A DNA stretch of 64,000 bases from an uncultured Solirubrobacteraceae bacterium (GCA_963717415.1 OY970331.1:730709-794708), one strand, 5' to 3'; shown: positions 8,446-18,995, numbered from the stretch's first letter. Notes: generated by a model not told the origin, from the sequence alone. Translations and numbers: made by a program.

Positions 8446-11400
8446 CTATTGGAGTTTCGACGAGCCTGAGACTTTGTTGGGTTTGTCCACGACGACCCCG
8501 CCGTTACCTGTGACGGTGAGCGACCCAGATACGGAGTTGTCGATCACGGTCGTCCCGCCTTCGTTGGCCGTCACCGTGAGCGGCCCGGATACGGCGTTGC
8601 CGTTGATCACGACACCCCCTTTGTTGCCCGTGATGGTGACCGGTCCCGAGACGGTGTTTGCAGAGCACCCGGCGTTGCCTTCGCCGATCACGACCAGGCC
8701 TGTGCCGTTGATCGCTTCGATGGGACCCGAGACGCTGGCCCCGCAGAGTCGGAGCGGCGCTGCCCCGTTGGCCTTGAGCGGTCCGGAGATCCTTCCCCCC
8801 TCGACGTTGAGTTCACCGCCCGGTTCGACCGTCACCGGCCCGCTGATCTTCCCTGTCGAGCTGAGTTCGACCGATTCGCCGGACTTCACGACGAGCGGCC
8901 CGCTGAGGCTGCCCGACAGGACCTTCACCGCGCCGCTGAACTCGATCACCTGCTGGAAGGTCGAGCGGTTCGTCCAGGGCATCGTGAAGTATTCCGTATA
9001 GGTGGGCGGGAGTGGCAGGTAGGTCGGCGGAAACTCGATCCGAACCCGCGCAGCCCGCCATGCGCTCGCCACGGGTCCCTGTTCTTTTTCGAGTTTTTCG
9101 GCTGCGGACTGGATGGCCGCCCACAACGAGGCCCGGCAGGCCGACAGGCTGCCATTGCCGCAATAGCGCCGGCTGTAGTCACCCTGGACCGACTGCCCGA
9201 GCTCGCTCTTCAGGTCCTTGTAGACGTACCCGTACCAGCCCTGTCCGTAGGAGGAGCCATGCGACGAGGGGGCGTTTTCCGGTGAGTTGAAGGATGCGAA
9301 TTCGTCCAGCAGCTCGGGACCGAGCACTGGGCCCAGGACGGCTTCCCCGATCGGCGTGAACGCCGCGTCGAGCACGGCGGCGCCCGGGTTTTCAGGGCCG
9401 GTGGCGCCGTAGCGGCTTGCGCCGTGTTCCGCCCAGCTCGTAACGAGGTCGGCTGCTTCTTCGGCCAGTTTCGACGGCGCCGGGCTCCCTTCGAGAACCT
9501 GCTTGATCACCGGCCAGTCCTTGACCGCGCGCAGGTCCTGCGACGCCGCCCGATTCATGATCGAGGCGAGGTCAGCCTGTGTCATGCCCGCCTTGAAGCC
9601 GGTGAACAGCTGTACGCGATGGACGGGACCGTAGGAATACTCTTCGGAGGCCGCGCCCCATTCGGGCGCCGGCTTGTTGTTCCAGTTGAGCAACAGGTCG
9701 CCCTTGGGCGCGGCGTCGTGGGGATGCTGTTCCTGGGAGAGGAACCCGCGCCAGTCGTACTGCCCGGTGCCGAACGTGGGCAGGCTCGGGTCGGTGCCCG
9801 GCGCGAGCACCGGCAGGCGCCCGGTCGAGAAGAAGGCGATCTGCCTGCTGTCGACGTAGCCGACGTTGAACGTCGTCTCGAGCTCGTTCGCGGCTTTGAA
9901 GAACTGCTGAGGCGAATGCACCCGGTTTGAGTCGAAGTCGCTGAAGGCGAGCTCGCCGGCGGGCTCGCGCCCGCGGGTCGAGCGGTCCTTGGCAACGGCG
10001 TACGGCTGCCCACCCACCGTGACCGTTCCGCTGATCGGTCCGTGCACGCTTTCATCGAACGTGAGCTCACGCGCCGGTTCGGTTTCGGTGGCACCCAGCA
10101 GACCTGCGTCAACCGACCTGAACGGGATGCACTTGCCGTTGTATTCGTAGTAGCTCGAGCTTCGGCTCGGCGTGCCGCCGCCTGGCTCGCACAGCTTCTC
10201 GAGGAACTGCTGCGTGTTCTCGCTGCTCGCACTCGTAAGGCTCCAGGCGAAGTCGCGCGCGCGCCCGATGAACACATAGGGCGAGATCGGGGCGACGGCG
10301 CCCTGCGCGTCCACGCCGCCGCCGTGCAGATCGGCCTGCATCACGATCTCGGGGTAGTAGTAGCCGAGCTGCGGCCCCATCACGGCCAGCGGGTGGCCGT
10401 CGGCGGAGTGTTCTGGTCCGGTGAGCAGGAAGTTCGAGATCTGGAATTTCGACGCGCTCGCGGCGCTAATCGCCCGCGCGAGCGGCGAGCTCGGCGGATC
10501 GGACCCGCGGTCGATCACCGCAGCACCCGGCGTCGGCCCCGTCGGCACCCCGTCGTAGGGGAACGGCTTTGAGGTCGTCGTCGGGGCTTCGGGGTCGTTC
10601 ACCTCGCGCAGGTCGCGAAACACCTTCAGGCCTTCGGTCGACCCCAGCTTGGTATCGAGCCCTGCCAGGAAGTTCGAGTTGGTGACTTCGTTGCCGCCGC
10701 CGTTGCCGAAGATCGAGCCGATCAACGAGAAGCCGGCGATCGCGTCGGTGGCGCTCAGCGGGGGCAGCAGCCGTGCCGGCCCGAGCGTGCCCTCGTACGC
10801 GTTGACTCCTTCTGCCCAGTCTTCGAGGTCTTTGTAGACCTGTTCGCCTTCGGGTCCTTTTTCGAACAGCGACTTCTTCTGTTCGGCGACGAACTCGTAG
10901 GTCTCGGGGCTGGGCGTGAAGGACCGCCCGGTGAGGAGCAGTTCGAACGGGTTGATTCCGGGAACGTCGACGGCGGCCGCGTAGGCGGGTCCGATACCCA
11001 GCGCCAGCAGCACGCCCCGGTCCTCCGCGGCGATGTAGCCCGAGCCGAACATCACCGCGTTGCGCGTCTGGCCGTAGACGTGGGGTATGCCGTTCTTGTC
11101 GCGCTTGATGACCAGGCCCGGCTCGGGGTGCTCTTCACGAACGACGGGGCCGGTCACGCCGAACTTCTCAGACAGGAAGTCTTCTTCGAGGTTGGCCGCG
11201 GTGACTTTGCCTTCAAGCGGCATCAGTTTTTCATACAACAGCCCCTGATCGAACGAGTTCGCGTTCGGCGGCGGGGTCCCGTACGCGCCCACACCGCCGA
11301 AGTCGCCGGGGGCCAAGATCTGATACGCGGGCCCGGACAGATCGACTTCAGCCGCAGCAGTGCCGGGCGTGAACGCTCCGAGAGCGGCGAGCAAACCAGC

Positions 11401-11478
11401 CGACAGCAGCCCTAACCCCAGTCGCCGCGTCAGGCCGGCGTCTCCTCCCCGAACCCGTCCATGGTCAGCACGTCCCAT
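8446..11478 (-). CDS. secreted penicillin acylase family (Ntn) hydrolase with a C-terminal repeat domain
   Basis: RDKNGIPHVYG, GYIAAEDR, catalytic SNFLL..GPQLGY, WNNKPA; signal peptide with RR; start codon approximate. Confidence 0.87.
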   Translation of the reverse strand: MGRADHGRVRGGDAGLTRRLGLGLLSAGLLAALGAFTPGTAAAEVDLSGPAYQILAPGDFGGVGAYGTPPPNANSFDQGLLYEKLMPLEGKVTAANLEEDFLSEKFGVTGPVVREEHPEPGLVIKRDKNGIPHVYGQTRNAVMFGSGYIAAEDRGVLLALGIGPAYAAAVDVPGINPFELLLTGRSFTPSPETYEFVAEQKKSLFEKGPEGEQVYKDLEDWAEGVNAYEGTLGPARLLPPLSATDAIAGFSLIGSIFGNGGGNEVTNSNFLAGLDTKLGSTEGLKVFRDLREVNDPEAPTTTSKPFPYDGVPTGPTPGAAVIDRGSDPPSSPLARAISAASASKFQISNFLLTGPEHSADGHPLAVMGPQLGYYYPEIVMQADLHGGGVDAQGAVAPISPYVFIGRARDFAWSLTSASSENTQQFLEKLCEPGGGTPSRSSSYYEYNGKCIPFRSVDAGLLGATETEPARELTFDESVHGPISGTVTVGGQPYAVAKDRSTRGREPAGELAFSDFDSNRVHSPQQFFKAANELETTFNVGYVDSRQIAFFSTGRLPVLAPGTDPSLPTFGTGQYDWRGFLSQEQHPHDAAPKGDLLLNWNNKPAPEWGAASEEYSYGPVHRVQLFTGFKAGMTQADLASIMNRAASQDLRAVKDWPVIKQVLEGSPAPSKLAEEAADLVTSWAEHGASRYGATGPENPGAAVLDAAFTPIGEAVLGPVLGPELLDEFASFNSPENAPSSHGSSYGQGWYGYVYKDLKSELGQSVQGDYSRRYCGNGSLSACRASLWAAIQSAAEKLEKEQGPVASAWRAARVRIEFPPTYLPLPPTYTEYFTMPWTNRSTFQQVIEFSGAVKVLSGSLSGPLVVKSGESVELSSTGKISGPVTVEPGGELNVEGGRISGPLKANGAAPLRLCGASVSGPIEAINGTGLVVIGEGNAGCSANTVSGPVTITGNKGGVVINGNAVSGPLTVTANEGGTTVIDNSVSGSLTVTGNGGVVVDKPNKVSGSSKLQ

Positions 11479-11668
11479 GCAGAACCGTCCGCTGCCGAGC
11501 ATCAGCCTCCACCCCTCTCTGGCGGGACAGACCAAACCGTCCGGTGCGAAAGCAGCCTAAACCGGCTCAACCTGCCCGAGCCTGCTCAAACGTGTCTGTC
11601 GAATGACGCTACTACCAGTGTCAAGTCCACGACCCCCAACGACCTCGGAACCGCCACTCCGGCTTCCG

Positions 11669-11854
11669 ATGGTCCGCGAGATGCTCCGAGTGGTCGCCGC
11701 GCAGTCGGACGTGGTAGACGTTCCCGACCTGTTCGCCGCGGCGCTTCGCGAACGCTGGCCCTTGATCGATTACGTCTACCTCACGCCCGTCCCCAAGGCC
11801 CGGCCGCGTGGCGCGCCGTGGTCTCGACCAGCCGCTTCCGGGCCTCGGCGGTGA
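11669..11854 (+). pseudogene. possible C-terminal remnant of a cation diffusion facilitator (CDF)
   Basis: VVDVPDL..AAALRERWPLIDYVYLTPV resembles actinobacterial CDF C-termini; no TM part is present. Confidence 0.35.
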
Positions 11855-11882
11855 GCCCCTTCCAGGCACAATCTCCACCCCA

Positions 11883-13514
11883 ATGACGGGATCGACCTCG
11901 TCGCTATCCGCCGGTCGGGGGTCGGCGGCGTCCATCAAGCGGATGACGCTGGTGGCGACGATCCTCGGCTCGAGTATCGCGATTCTCGACACCAGCTCTG
12001 TGAGCGTTGCCCTGCCCTCGATCCAGCGCAGCCTCGGCGGGGGGCTGGCCGGCCAGCAGTGGGTGAGCAATGCCTACCTGCTGACGCTCGGCTCGCTGAT
12101 CCTCCTGGGGGGGTCGCTGGGCGACATCTTCGGAGAGCGGCGAGTGTTCGCGATCGGAGTGGCCGGGTTCGGCGCAACCTCTCTGCTGTGCGCGATCGCG
12201 CCCTCGATCGGAGCGCTGATCGCCTTCCGGGCGCTACAGGGGGTGGCAGGCGCGCTGCTGACCCCCAGCTCGCTGGCGGTGATCATCGCCACGTTTCCCG
12301 AGCAGGAGCGCGGTCCGGCGATCGGGACCTGGACGGCGTGGGGAACGATCGCCGGCGCGCTCGGTCCGCTGATCGCCGGCACGATCCTGAACGTCGCGTC
12401 GTGGCGGTGGATCTTCGTGATCAATCTGCCGCTCGTTATCGCCTGCCTGTGGCTGATCCTCAAAGCGGTCCCTGCGACCAAGCCCCAGGGACCGCGGCGC
12501 AAAGTCGATGTCGTCGGCGCGCTGTTGGGCATGTTGGCCCTCGGCGGTTCGGTGTTCGCTTTGATCGAGCAACCGCGCCTGGGCTGGTCCAGCCCGGCAG
12601 TGAGCGGCTCGCTGGCCGCCGGGCTGCTCCTGTTCGCGGCCTTCCTGGTCTACGAGTCGCGGGCCAGCGACCCGATGCTCAGGCTCGACCTGTTCAAGAG
12701 CCGCAACTTCGCGGTGGGCAACGTCGAGACGCTGGCTCTGTACGGCGGCCTGTCGGCGCTGTTCTTCTTCCTCACGCTGTACCTGCAGCAGGTGGCCGGC
12801 TACTCGCCGCTCAGGAGCGGATTGGCCCTGCTGCCGGAGAGTCTCGTGATGTTCGCGCTCTCCTCGCGCTTCGGCGCGCTCGCCGATCGGCTCGGCCCGC
12901 GCTGGTTCATGGGCGGCGGCCCCCTGATCGCTGGGGGGGGCATGCTCATGCTGCTCACCGTCGGAGTGCACGTGAACTACTTGACCGAGGTCCTCCCCGC
13001 CATCCTGCTGTTCTCGTTGGGCCTCTCGATCACGGTGGCGCCGCTCACCGCCGCGATCCTCGCCGGCGTAAATGAGGAGGAGGCGGGCATCGGCTCGGCG
13101 ATCAACAATGCCGTGGCGCGCGTGGCGGGACTGATTGCAACGGTGGGGATCGGTGCGCTGGTCGCGGCGCAGTTCAGCTCATCGCTCGATCGCCACCTGA
13201 CCGGCCGGCCACTGACCCCGCAGGGTCACGCCGCTGTCGCGGAAGCCAAGCGGCTCACGCTCGGCCGACCGTCGGTTGCCGGGGTCCCCCCGCGCCAGGC
13301 GAGGGCGATCGTGGCCGCCTCCGATGAGGCCTCGGTCGACGCCTTCCGCTTGGGCATCGGCGTGGCAAGCGTGCTCGTGATCGCCGGCGGCCTGATCGGC
13401 GCCGCCGGCATCCGCAACCCGCGCCGGGCGGTGGCGGCCAAGCAGTGCTCGGGCGGCCAGCTCGCCGGCGCACCGTTCGACGCCGCGGGGCTACATAGCT
13501 CCCAGGCGGCCTGA
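11883..13514 (+). CDS. MFS transporter, DHA2 (14-TMS) family
   Basis: LDTSSVSVALPSI, GDIFGERRVF, WRWIFVINLP; many TM helices. Confidence 0.92.
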   Translation: MTGSTSSLSAGRGSAASIKRMTLVATILGSSIAILDTSSVSVALPSIQRSLGGGLAGQQWVSNAYLLTLGSLILLGGSLGDIFGERRVFAIGVAGFGATSLLCAIAPSIGALIAFRALQGVAGALLTPSSLAVIIATFPEQERGPAIGTWTAWGTIAGALGPLIAGTILNVASWRWIFVINLPLVIACLWLILKAVPATKPQGPRRKVDVVGALLGMLALGGSVFALIEQPRLGWSSPAVSGSLAAGLLLFAAFLVYESRASDPMLRLDLFKSRNFAVGNVETLALYGGLSALFFFLTLYLQQVAGYSPLRSGLALLPESLVMFALSSRFGALADRLGPRWFMGGGPLIAGGGMLMLLTVGVHVNYLTEVLPAILLFSLGLSITVAPLTAAILAGVNEEEAGIGSAINNAVARVAGLIATVGIGALVAAQFSSSLDRHLTGRPLTPQGHAAVAEAKRLTLGRPSVAGVPPRQARAIVAASDEASVDAFRLGIGVASVLVIAGGLIGAAGIRNPRRAVAAKQCSGGQLAGAPFDAAGLHSSQAA

Positions 13515-13572
13515 GATCGATCCGGGCAATTTGTCCCGCTACGGTCGAGTATTGACCGGCGCGCCTCGTTCG

Positions 13573-13929
13573 TCAGTTGAGGTGGCTTTCCCAGTCGAGG
13601 GGTACGGCGCCGTCTGGCCCGGGGACGGGCTGAGCGAGCGGATGACTTTCGGGCGGGGCCAACGCGGGTCCTTCGAAGAACTCGGCGGAGCGATAGTCGT
13701 AGAACCACTCCTCACCCGGCTCGAAGCTCCGAATCACGGGGTGTCCCGTTGCCCCGTGGTGGGCGCTCGCGTGCCGGCTGGGAGAGTTGTCGCAGCAGCC
13801 GACGTGTCCACAGGCCGCGCAGCGGCGAAGGTGCAGCCACCAACCCGGCGGTGCGCCGGCCAGACACTCCGCGCACCCGGTCCCGCTTGGCGGGACAGCG
13901 GGGTCGATATCACTCGTGCTGCGTGACAT
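13573..13929 (-). CDS. UBP-type zinc finger protein
   Basis: CAECL..WLHLRRCAACGHVGCCDNSPSRHA..SFEPGEEW. Confidence 0.9.
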   Translation of the reverse strand: MSRSTSDIDPAVPPSGTGCAECLAGAPPGWWLHLRRCAACGHVGCCDNSPSRHASAHHGATGHPVIRSFEPGEEWFYDYRSAEFFEGPALAPPESHPLAQPVPGPDGAVPLDWESHLN

Positions 13930-14344
13930 GCGGTAGAGCTTCGCAGCTCTGGCATCAGCGCTCGTTGTCGCGGGCGTGTTCGTCGCACGAGCCGAGCCGG
14001 AGCCTGCGCGAGAGGCTCGCCACGAAGCCTGGAATGCTGCGGCTGCTGCCCCGCGCCACCGGCAGGTGCTAGCTGCCTGCCCACGGAGGTTGTGAATGCA
14101 GCTGATTGCTCGTCCGTCGCTACGGACCGGGCGGAGGCGCTGCTGGCATCCGTGGCGACCAACGAGTGGAACCCTCGCGGGCTCCAGCCGTCACATTCGC
14201 CGTACTCCGTCGTTCCTCCACTAAGACCTTCGTCCAGTTGCGTGTTCAAGGCGAGCTGATCGTGATTACTTGGCTCCTCCGGCGCTCGGCCCGGCCAGCA
14301 CCGACCAGGTTGCTCGCCAACTCGACCATGAGCAAGGGGGACAG

Positions 14345-16051
14345 ATGAGACTCAAGCAACGGAGAGTGACGCGACTCTTTGCGCTGACGGCAGCTGTCGC
14401 GACGATCGGCTTGACGGGAGGCGCAACCACGGCGCTCGCGGCTGACTACCAGGACGAACACAACAATGTTTGCGAGGGACACCTGACACACTTCTTTATC
14501 GGAGAATGGTGCGAATGGGGGGGCAAGGTCACTGGTTTCAACAACACGGCCATTGGTGCGAACATGATGTTCGTCCTCACCAGCGGCTCAGACAACAGCG
14601 CGATGGGCTTCGAGGCGCTCGCCAGTGTCGTCACAGGCAGCGCCAACACGGCGAGCGGCACGGGAGCGCTTCAGGACAACAAAGGCAGCGACAACACGGC
14701 GAGCGGTGCCTTTGCGCTGAAGTCCAACACGACCGCCGACTTCAACACGGCTAGCGGCGCGGCTGCGCTAGAAGCCAACACGACGGGCGAAGACAACACC
14801 GCGGACGGCCTGTCGGCACTTGCTACGAACACCACTGGCACAGACAATACGGCGATCGGCACGGTGGCGCTAGCCTCCAACGAACTCGGCTTCAACAACA
14901 CAGCCACCGGAACTGAAGCCTTGTTTCGGAACCTCGCGGGCGTCGAGAACACCGGGGACGGCGAGCGTGCGCTCTTCCTCAACAGATTGGGCAGCCACAA
15001 TGTGGCTAGCGGCTACAGTGCGCTTTCCTCCGACACCACCGGCAGCTTCGATGTGGCGGTCGGTGACCATGCGGGGGCGCAAGTGAGGGGTTCGAACAAC
15101 ATCGACATATCGAACGAAGGCAAACCTTCGGACGAAAACACGACCCGCATCGGTGTCGAAAACCGACGCGAGACGTCGCGCACCTTCATCGCGGGCATCT
15201 GGCAGAAAAAACTCATCGGCTCCGTCTGTGGTGTAGTGGTCAACTCGGAAGCGCAGCTCGGATGCGCGAACGTGGTTGGGGTGACAGGACCCACCGGACC
15301 GACCGGCGCTGTCGGAGCCACAGGCCACGCCGGCGCGAGCGGATCGACCGGCGCTGTCGGGCCCACCGGCGACAACGGCGCGACCGGACCCACCGGCGAA
15401 ACTGGTCCTGAAGGCCCGGCCGGCGCATCAGGTCCTACGGGCGCAACCGGCGTGACGGGTGCAGCAGGTCCGACGGGTCCTGCCGGCCCAACCGGACCCC
15501 AGGGTCCCAGTGGCGAAAACGGAGCGACGGGCGCGACCGGACCGACCGGCGAAACTGGCCCCACGGGCCTGAGCGGCGTCACCGGAGCAGCAGGTCCAAC
15601 GGGCCCTGCCGGCCCGACCGGTCCCACGGGCCCTGCCGGCAGTGAAGATGAGGCGATCGCGACCTTTGCCGGCGAAAACGTAGAGGCCGGGTCCGCCGGA
15701 CCGGAAACCTGTCTCTACTACACGGAGATCGCACCCGGTCGCGGCTCGGGCGTCTGCCCTCCGGCGACGCCTCATTGGTCGGCAAGTCCGTTGCTCGCGG
15801 GCCCGACACCCGAAGGTCCTCTGACCATTGGAGCGATTGTGCGCGACCTGTATGTCGACACGAGTGCTCCTGTGACGGCAGACGTCGAAGTCGTCGATAA
15901 TACGACGGGGACCGTACTGAGCTCTTGCAGCTTGGTCGCGACCGAAATCTGCCACGGCGCGGCGGGCGCCTCCGTCCCAGAAGGTGACAACCTCGAGGTC
16001 AAGGTGAAAAGCAACTCGGTCGTCAGCTATCGAGTGAGGTTCCGTTACTAG
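14345..16051 (+). CDS. secreted collagen-like surface protein (signal peptide, NTAxG beta-roll repeats, collagen stalk, C-terminal beta domain)
   Basis: RBS GGGGGA; signal peptide ending ALA; about 14-aa NTA(S/I)GxxAL repeats; 41 Gly-X-Y triplets. Confidence 0.85.
   Translation: MRLKQRRVTRLFALTAAVATIGLTGGATTALAADYQDEHNNVCEGHLTHFFIGEWCEWGGKVTGFNNTAIGANMMFVLTSGSDNSAMGFEALASVVTGSANTASGTGALQDNKGSDNTASGAFALKSNTTADFNTASGAAALEANTTGEDNTADGLSALATNTTGTDNTAIGTVALASNELGFNNTATGTEALFRNLAGVENTGDGERALFLNRLGSHNVASGYSALSSDTTGSFDVAVGDHAGAQVRGSNNIDISNEGKPSDENTTRIGVENRRETSRTFIAGIWQKKLIGSVCGVVVNSEAQLGCANVVGVTGPTGPTGAVGATGHAGASGSTGAVGPTGDNGATGPTGETGPEGPAGASGPTGATGVTGAAGPTGPAGPTGPQGPSGENGATGATGPTGETGPTGLSGVTGAAGPTGPAGPTGPTGPAGSEDEAIATFAGENVEAGSAGPETCLYYTEIAPGRGSGVCPPATPHWSASPLLAGPTPEGPLTIGAIVRDLYVDTSAPVTADVEVVDNTTGTVLSSCSLVATEICHGAAGASVPEGDNLEVKVKSNSVVSYRVRFRY
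15278..15646 (+). repeat. collagen triple-helix (Gly-X-Y)41 coding repeat, Thr-rich at Y
   Basis: Uninterrupted GVT-GPT-GPT...GPA-GSE, counted from the translation. Confidence 0.9.
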
Positions 16052-16078
16052 TCACCTCGCAAACAAGTTAAGCCGGGA

Positions 16079-16106
16079 ACAACGGGGGCCGTCCGGCCCC
16101 CGTTGT
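16079..16106. terminator. intrinsic hairpin between the convergent collagen-like and topoisomerase IB genes
   Basis: acaacgggggcc-gtcc-ggcccccgttgt, perfect 12-bp stem. Confidence 0.75.
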
Positions 16107-16240
16107 CTGGCGGCGTCGCGCCATGCGACTCGCTGGCTTCGCGCAGTAGTGCGGCACGCGTTGGAGCCTGGACCTTGAGATGGACCGATGACCCAACGGA
16201 CCCATCGGAGCCGTTCTGATCGAGATATCTAAAAGTGGGC

Positions 16241-17284
16241 TCACTCACCTGCAGACCCGATGCTTGCCGGGTCGCGGAGCATTTCCAGCACTCGGCCTTC
16301 GATGCGCGTGCGCGCCTGCCACGGGTCCGACGGCAGGCGGTCGAGAGCGATTGCGCGTCCGTCGCTGAACCGCTCGAAGACTCTGGGGTCGATGTAGGAT
16401 TGACGCGCGACGGTGGGAGTGTTACCGAGCGCGGCGGCGACGGCCTGCGACGCGACGGTGGCGGCGCGCGATGGGCGAGGTTCGAGCGCAGCGAGGGTTG
16501 TCGCGGCGATCACAGTTGCGTTCCAGGTCCGGTACTCCTTTGCGGAGAACGGACCACCCGATTCGGCACGCAGGAAGTTGTTGACATCCTCACGATGGAT
16601 TCGTGTCCACGTGCGAGCAGCACGGAAGACCAGAAGCTCGCGCGGCCCCTGACGGCGGCGCTTCAGAGTTGCGAGCACGTCCACGGCGGGTGCGTCGGCG
16701 ATCGCAAGTCGGTGTCGCTTTCCAGCCTTGCCGACGTAGTCGAATACGGCGTGATCCGGACCGACGGTCACCTGCTCGCGAAGTAACGTCGTCAGGCCAT
16801 AGTGCTTGTTGTCGCGCGCGTAGCGGTCGGAGCCCACGCGGAGTAGACCGATGTCGAGCAGGCGGAGCGAGAGCGCCAATACTCGACGATGACTCAGCGG
16901 TTCGCCCTCGTCGACGAGTCCGAGCTCGATCCGCCGCCGCAGAGGCCGTTGAGCACGGCCGAACGCCTCCATGTCGTGGAACTTGACCTGATCGCGCTCA
17001 TGTTGCCACGCGGGGTGATATCGATACTGCTTTCGGCCGCGGCTATCGAGACCTGTCGCCTGTAGATGAGCGTCGGCGCTGGGCGCGATCCACACCCTGC
17101 TCCATGCGGGCGGTATCGACAGCCGGCGGACGCGATCGAGCACGACCGAGTCCTCTACGGGCGCTCCGTGCTCGTCGAGATAGCCAAAGCCCTCAACCGA
17201 CCGCACGCGATGCAGGCCCGGCTGGAAGTCGTGCACGAACCTGAGCGCAGTGTCGCTTCGCTGACCGCCCATTGAGGGGGTCAT
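16241..17284 (-). CDS. DNA topoisomerase IB (bacterial/poxvirus-like)
   Basis: IPPAWSRVWI, GLDSRGRKQYRYH, RVGS, GKAGK, AKEYRTW, LGNTP and SYIDP catalytic residues. Confidence 0.93.
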   Translation of the reverse strand: MTPSMGGQRSDTALRFVHDFQPGLHRVRSVEGFGYLDEHGAPVEDSVVLDRVRRLSIPPAWSRVWIAPSADAHLQATGLDSRGRKQYRYHPAWQHERDQVKFHDMEAFGRAQRPLRRRIELGLVDEGEPLSHRRVLALSLRLLDIGLLRVGSDRYARDNKHYGLTTLLREQVTVGPDHAVFDYVGKAGKRHRLAIADAPAVDVLATLKRRRQGPRELLVFRAARTWTRIHREDVNNFLRAESGGPFSAKEYRTWNATVIAATTLAALEPRPSRAATVASQAVAAALGNTPTVARQSYIDPRVFERFSDGRAIALDRLPSDPWQARTRIEGRVLEMLRDPASIGSAGE

Positions 17285-17400
17285 GCCCCGCGACCGCGGC
17301 GGGGGCGCCTCGAGGCAGCCCGATTGATGGCCACCGTCTGGAAGCCGGCGCTCAGCATCGACGATCGGGGAGAATAACGGCCGTTCGCCCCCGTGGAGGG

Positions 17401-18498
17401 TCAGGCGACATCCCCGCTGCCGGACGATCCGACGCTCGTCGGAGCGGCTCGCGAGATGCCGTTCGCTACCTCCGTACTATCGACGACGCTGCGATTTCGG
17501 CCGAGCCCCTTGGCACGGTAGAGCGCGCGGTCGGCGGCCTGCACAAGACTCTCGCGCGTCTCCCCGTCCAGCGGGAACTCGACGACCCCGAAGCTCATCG
17601 TCAGCGAATTGCCGGCGTCGCTGGTCAGCTGTGGGATCTCCTCGCGCAGTCGCTCAGCGACTTCGAGCGCGTCGTCAGCTCGTGTAGCTGGAAGGATCAG
17701 CGCGAACTCGTCGCCGCCGATCCGCGCCATCGTGTCGATCTTACGCACCGCGCCGTGGGCGGCGCGGCCCACAGCGATCAGGGCCGCGTCACCAGCGGGA
17801 TGTCCAAAACGATCATTGAGCTCCTTGAAGTGATCGATGTCCGCAAGCACCAGCGCAACGGGCTGCGCCGTCCGGCGGCTCCTTTCGAGCTCGACCTCAA
17901 GCAGCTCGTCAAAGCCGTGGCGGTTCACCAGTCCTGTGAGCCGGTCGGTGCGGGCGGTCTTGAAGAGCCGCTCGACGAGTTCGTCGTTGTGGGACTTCAG
18001 GAGATGCACGAGGGCCCCGGCGATATACGCCATCCCGACCGTGATGAACCAGCGCGTGTATCCGACCTGTCCAGGGTGAATGAGCAGCAGCACCGCGGCA
18101 TACGCGACGGCAACTACCGCGAGCTGGGCGATCATCTGCGTTCGTGTAAAGAAGTAGCCTGCGTACAAGGCGATCCACAGGTAGAGCACCTCATTGTCTG
18201 CCGTCGGACCGCCGAGCCGCTCGCCGTTGAAGTAGAGAGATAGAGAGATGGACAGAGTGGCGAGGACCATGAACGCCTGAAAGGAACGGGTCGGGAGCCG
18301 CTCGGGCCAGCCGAGTAGGAGTGTGGCCACCAGCGCGTCGGATGCTGCAATCGCCCAGAAGCCCGTCACGTTGGCCTTTGGCGAATGCGGGAAAGCAATC
18401 GCCAGCACCGTCATCACCGAACCTGCCAGAAACAGCAGTCCGGCTACACGCACCATGGTCGCCCGCGCGACGATAGGAGACATCGACTGGAGTCCCAT
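17401..18498 (-). CDS. membrane-anchored GGDEF diguanylate cyclase
   Basis: About 5-6 TM helices, then DRLTGLVNR, DIDHFKELNDRFGHPAGD and RKID..GGDEF (I-site present). Confidence 0.9.
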   Translation of the reverse strand: MGLQSMSPIVARATMVRVAGLLFLAGSVMTVLAIAFPHSPKANVTGFWAIAASDALVATLLLGWPERLPTRSFQAFMVLATLSISLSLYFNGERLGGPTADNEVLYLWIALYAGYFFTRTQMIAQLAVVAVAYAAVLLLIHPGQVGYTRWFITVGMAYIAGALVHLLKSHNDELVERLFKTARTDRLTGLVNRHGFDELLEVELERSRRTAQPVALVLADIDHFKELNDRFGHPAGDAALIAVGRAAHGAVRKIDTMARIGGDEFALILPATRADDALEVAERLREEIPQLTSDAGNSLTMSFGVVEFPLDGETRESLVQAADRALYRAKGLGRNRSVVDSTEVANGISRAAPTSVGSSGSGDVA

Positions 18499-18590
18499 AC
18501 CCCCGTATCGGCGCACCCGTTGGAAGGTTGAGCGGTGCCCGGCCCATGCTCGGGAGAGGCACAGGCCTTCCAAAGCTTGGTGCGCGGCGT

Positions 18591-18995
18591 CTACTCGGAC
18601 AGTCCCGCCACCCGCAGTCCTTCGGCGTGGTCGTGGTACACCCGGTAGCGCCAGATCCTGTCGCCGCGAAAATCCGAGACGGACGCGAACGGCGCATCGA
18701 CCGGGACGCCGCTGCCCTTCCCGCGTCCCTTGAGCCGACCCAACGTAAGCACGCGGGCGCCGAGATCGCGGAACTCCTCGGCGACGATCTGGAGCTCCTC
18801 CCAGTTTTCGCTGGTGTCGGCCACGAACCGTTCCACGCCCCCGCGTCCGCGGTAGCCGCCGCCGTCGAGCGCCCTCACGATTGCCGGGTACCACTCGAAG
18901 TCCGTGGTCAACAGCTCGGCGAAAGCGCCATCGACATCACGGCGGTTGTAGGCATCAACCACTCGCTTGGCGAGCTCCACTTTGTCTCGCGACAT
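18591..18995 (-). CDS. SnoaL-like/NTF2 family protein
   Basis: MSRDKVELAKRVVDAYNRRD..YRGRGGV..GRGKGSGVPV. Confidence 0.88.
   Translation of the reverse strand: MSRDKVELAKRVVDAYNRRDVDGAFAELLTTDFEWYPAIVRALDGGGYRGRGGVERFVADTSENWEELQIVAEEFRDLGARVLTLGRLKGRGKGSGVPVDAPFASVSDFRGDRIWRYRVYHDHAEGLRVAGLSE

Noticed and set aside
13930-14344. Possible riboswitch upstream of the collagen-like gene
   Set aside because: I could not recognise a consensus (c-di-AMP, c-di-GMP, SAM, TPP, cobalamin) by eye; an Rfam scan would be needed
15278-15646. Repetitive DNA as a CRISPR array or VNTR element
   Set aside because: The periodicity is 9 nt and encodes Gly-X-Y; there is no repeat-spacer structure and no cas gene
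16241-17284. Topoisomerase IB as the recombinase for the att-like relics
   Set aside because: It shares a fold with tyrosine recombinases, but its motifs are those of ordinary bacterial TopIB, and it has no arm-binding domain or linkage to the sites
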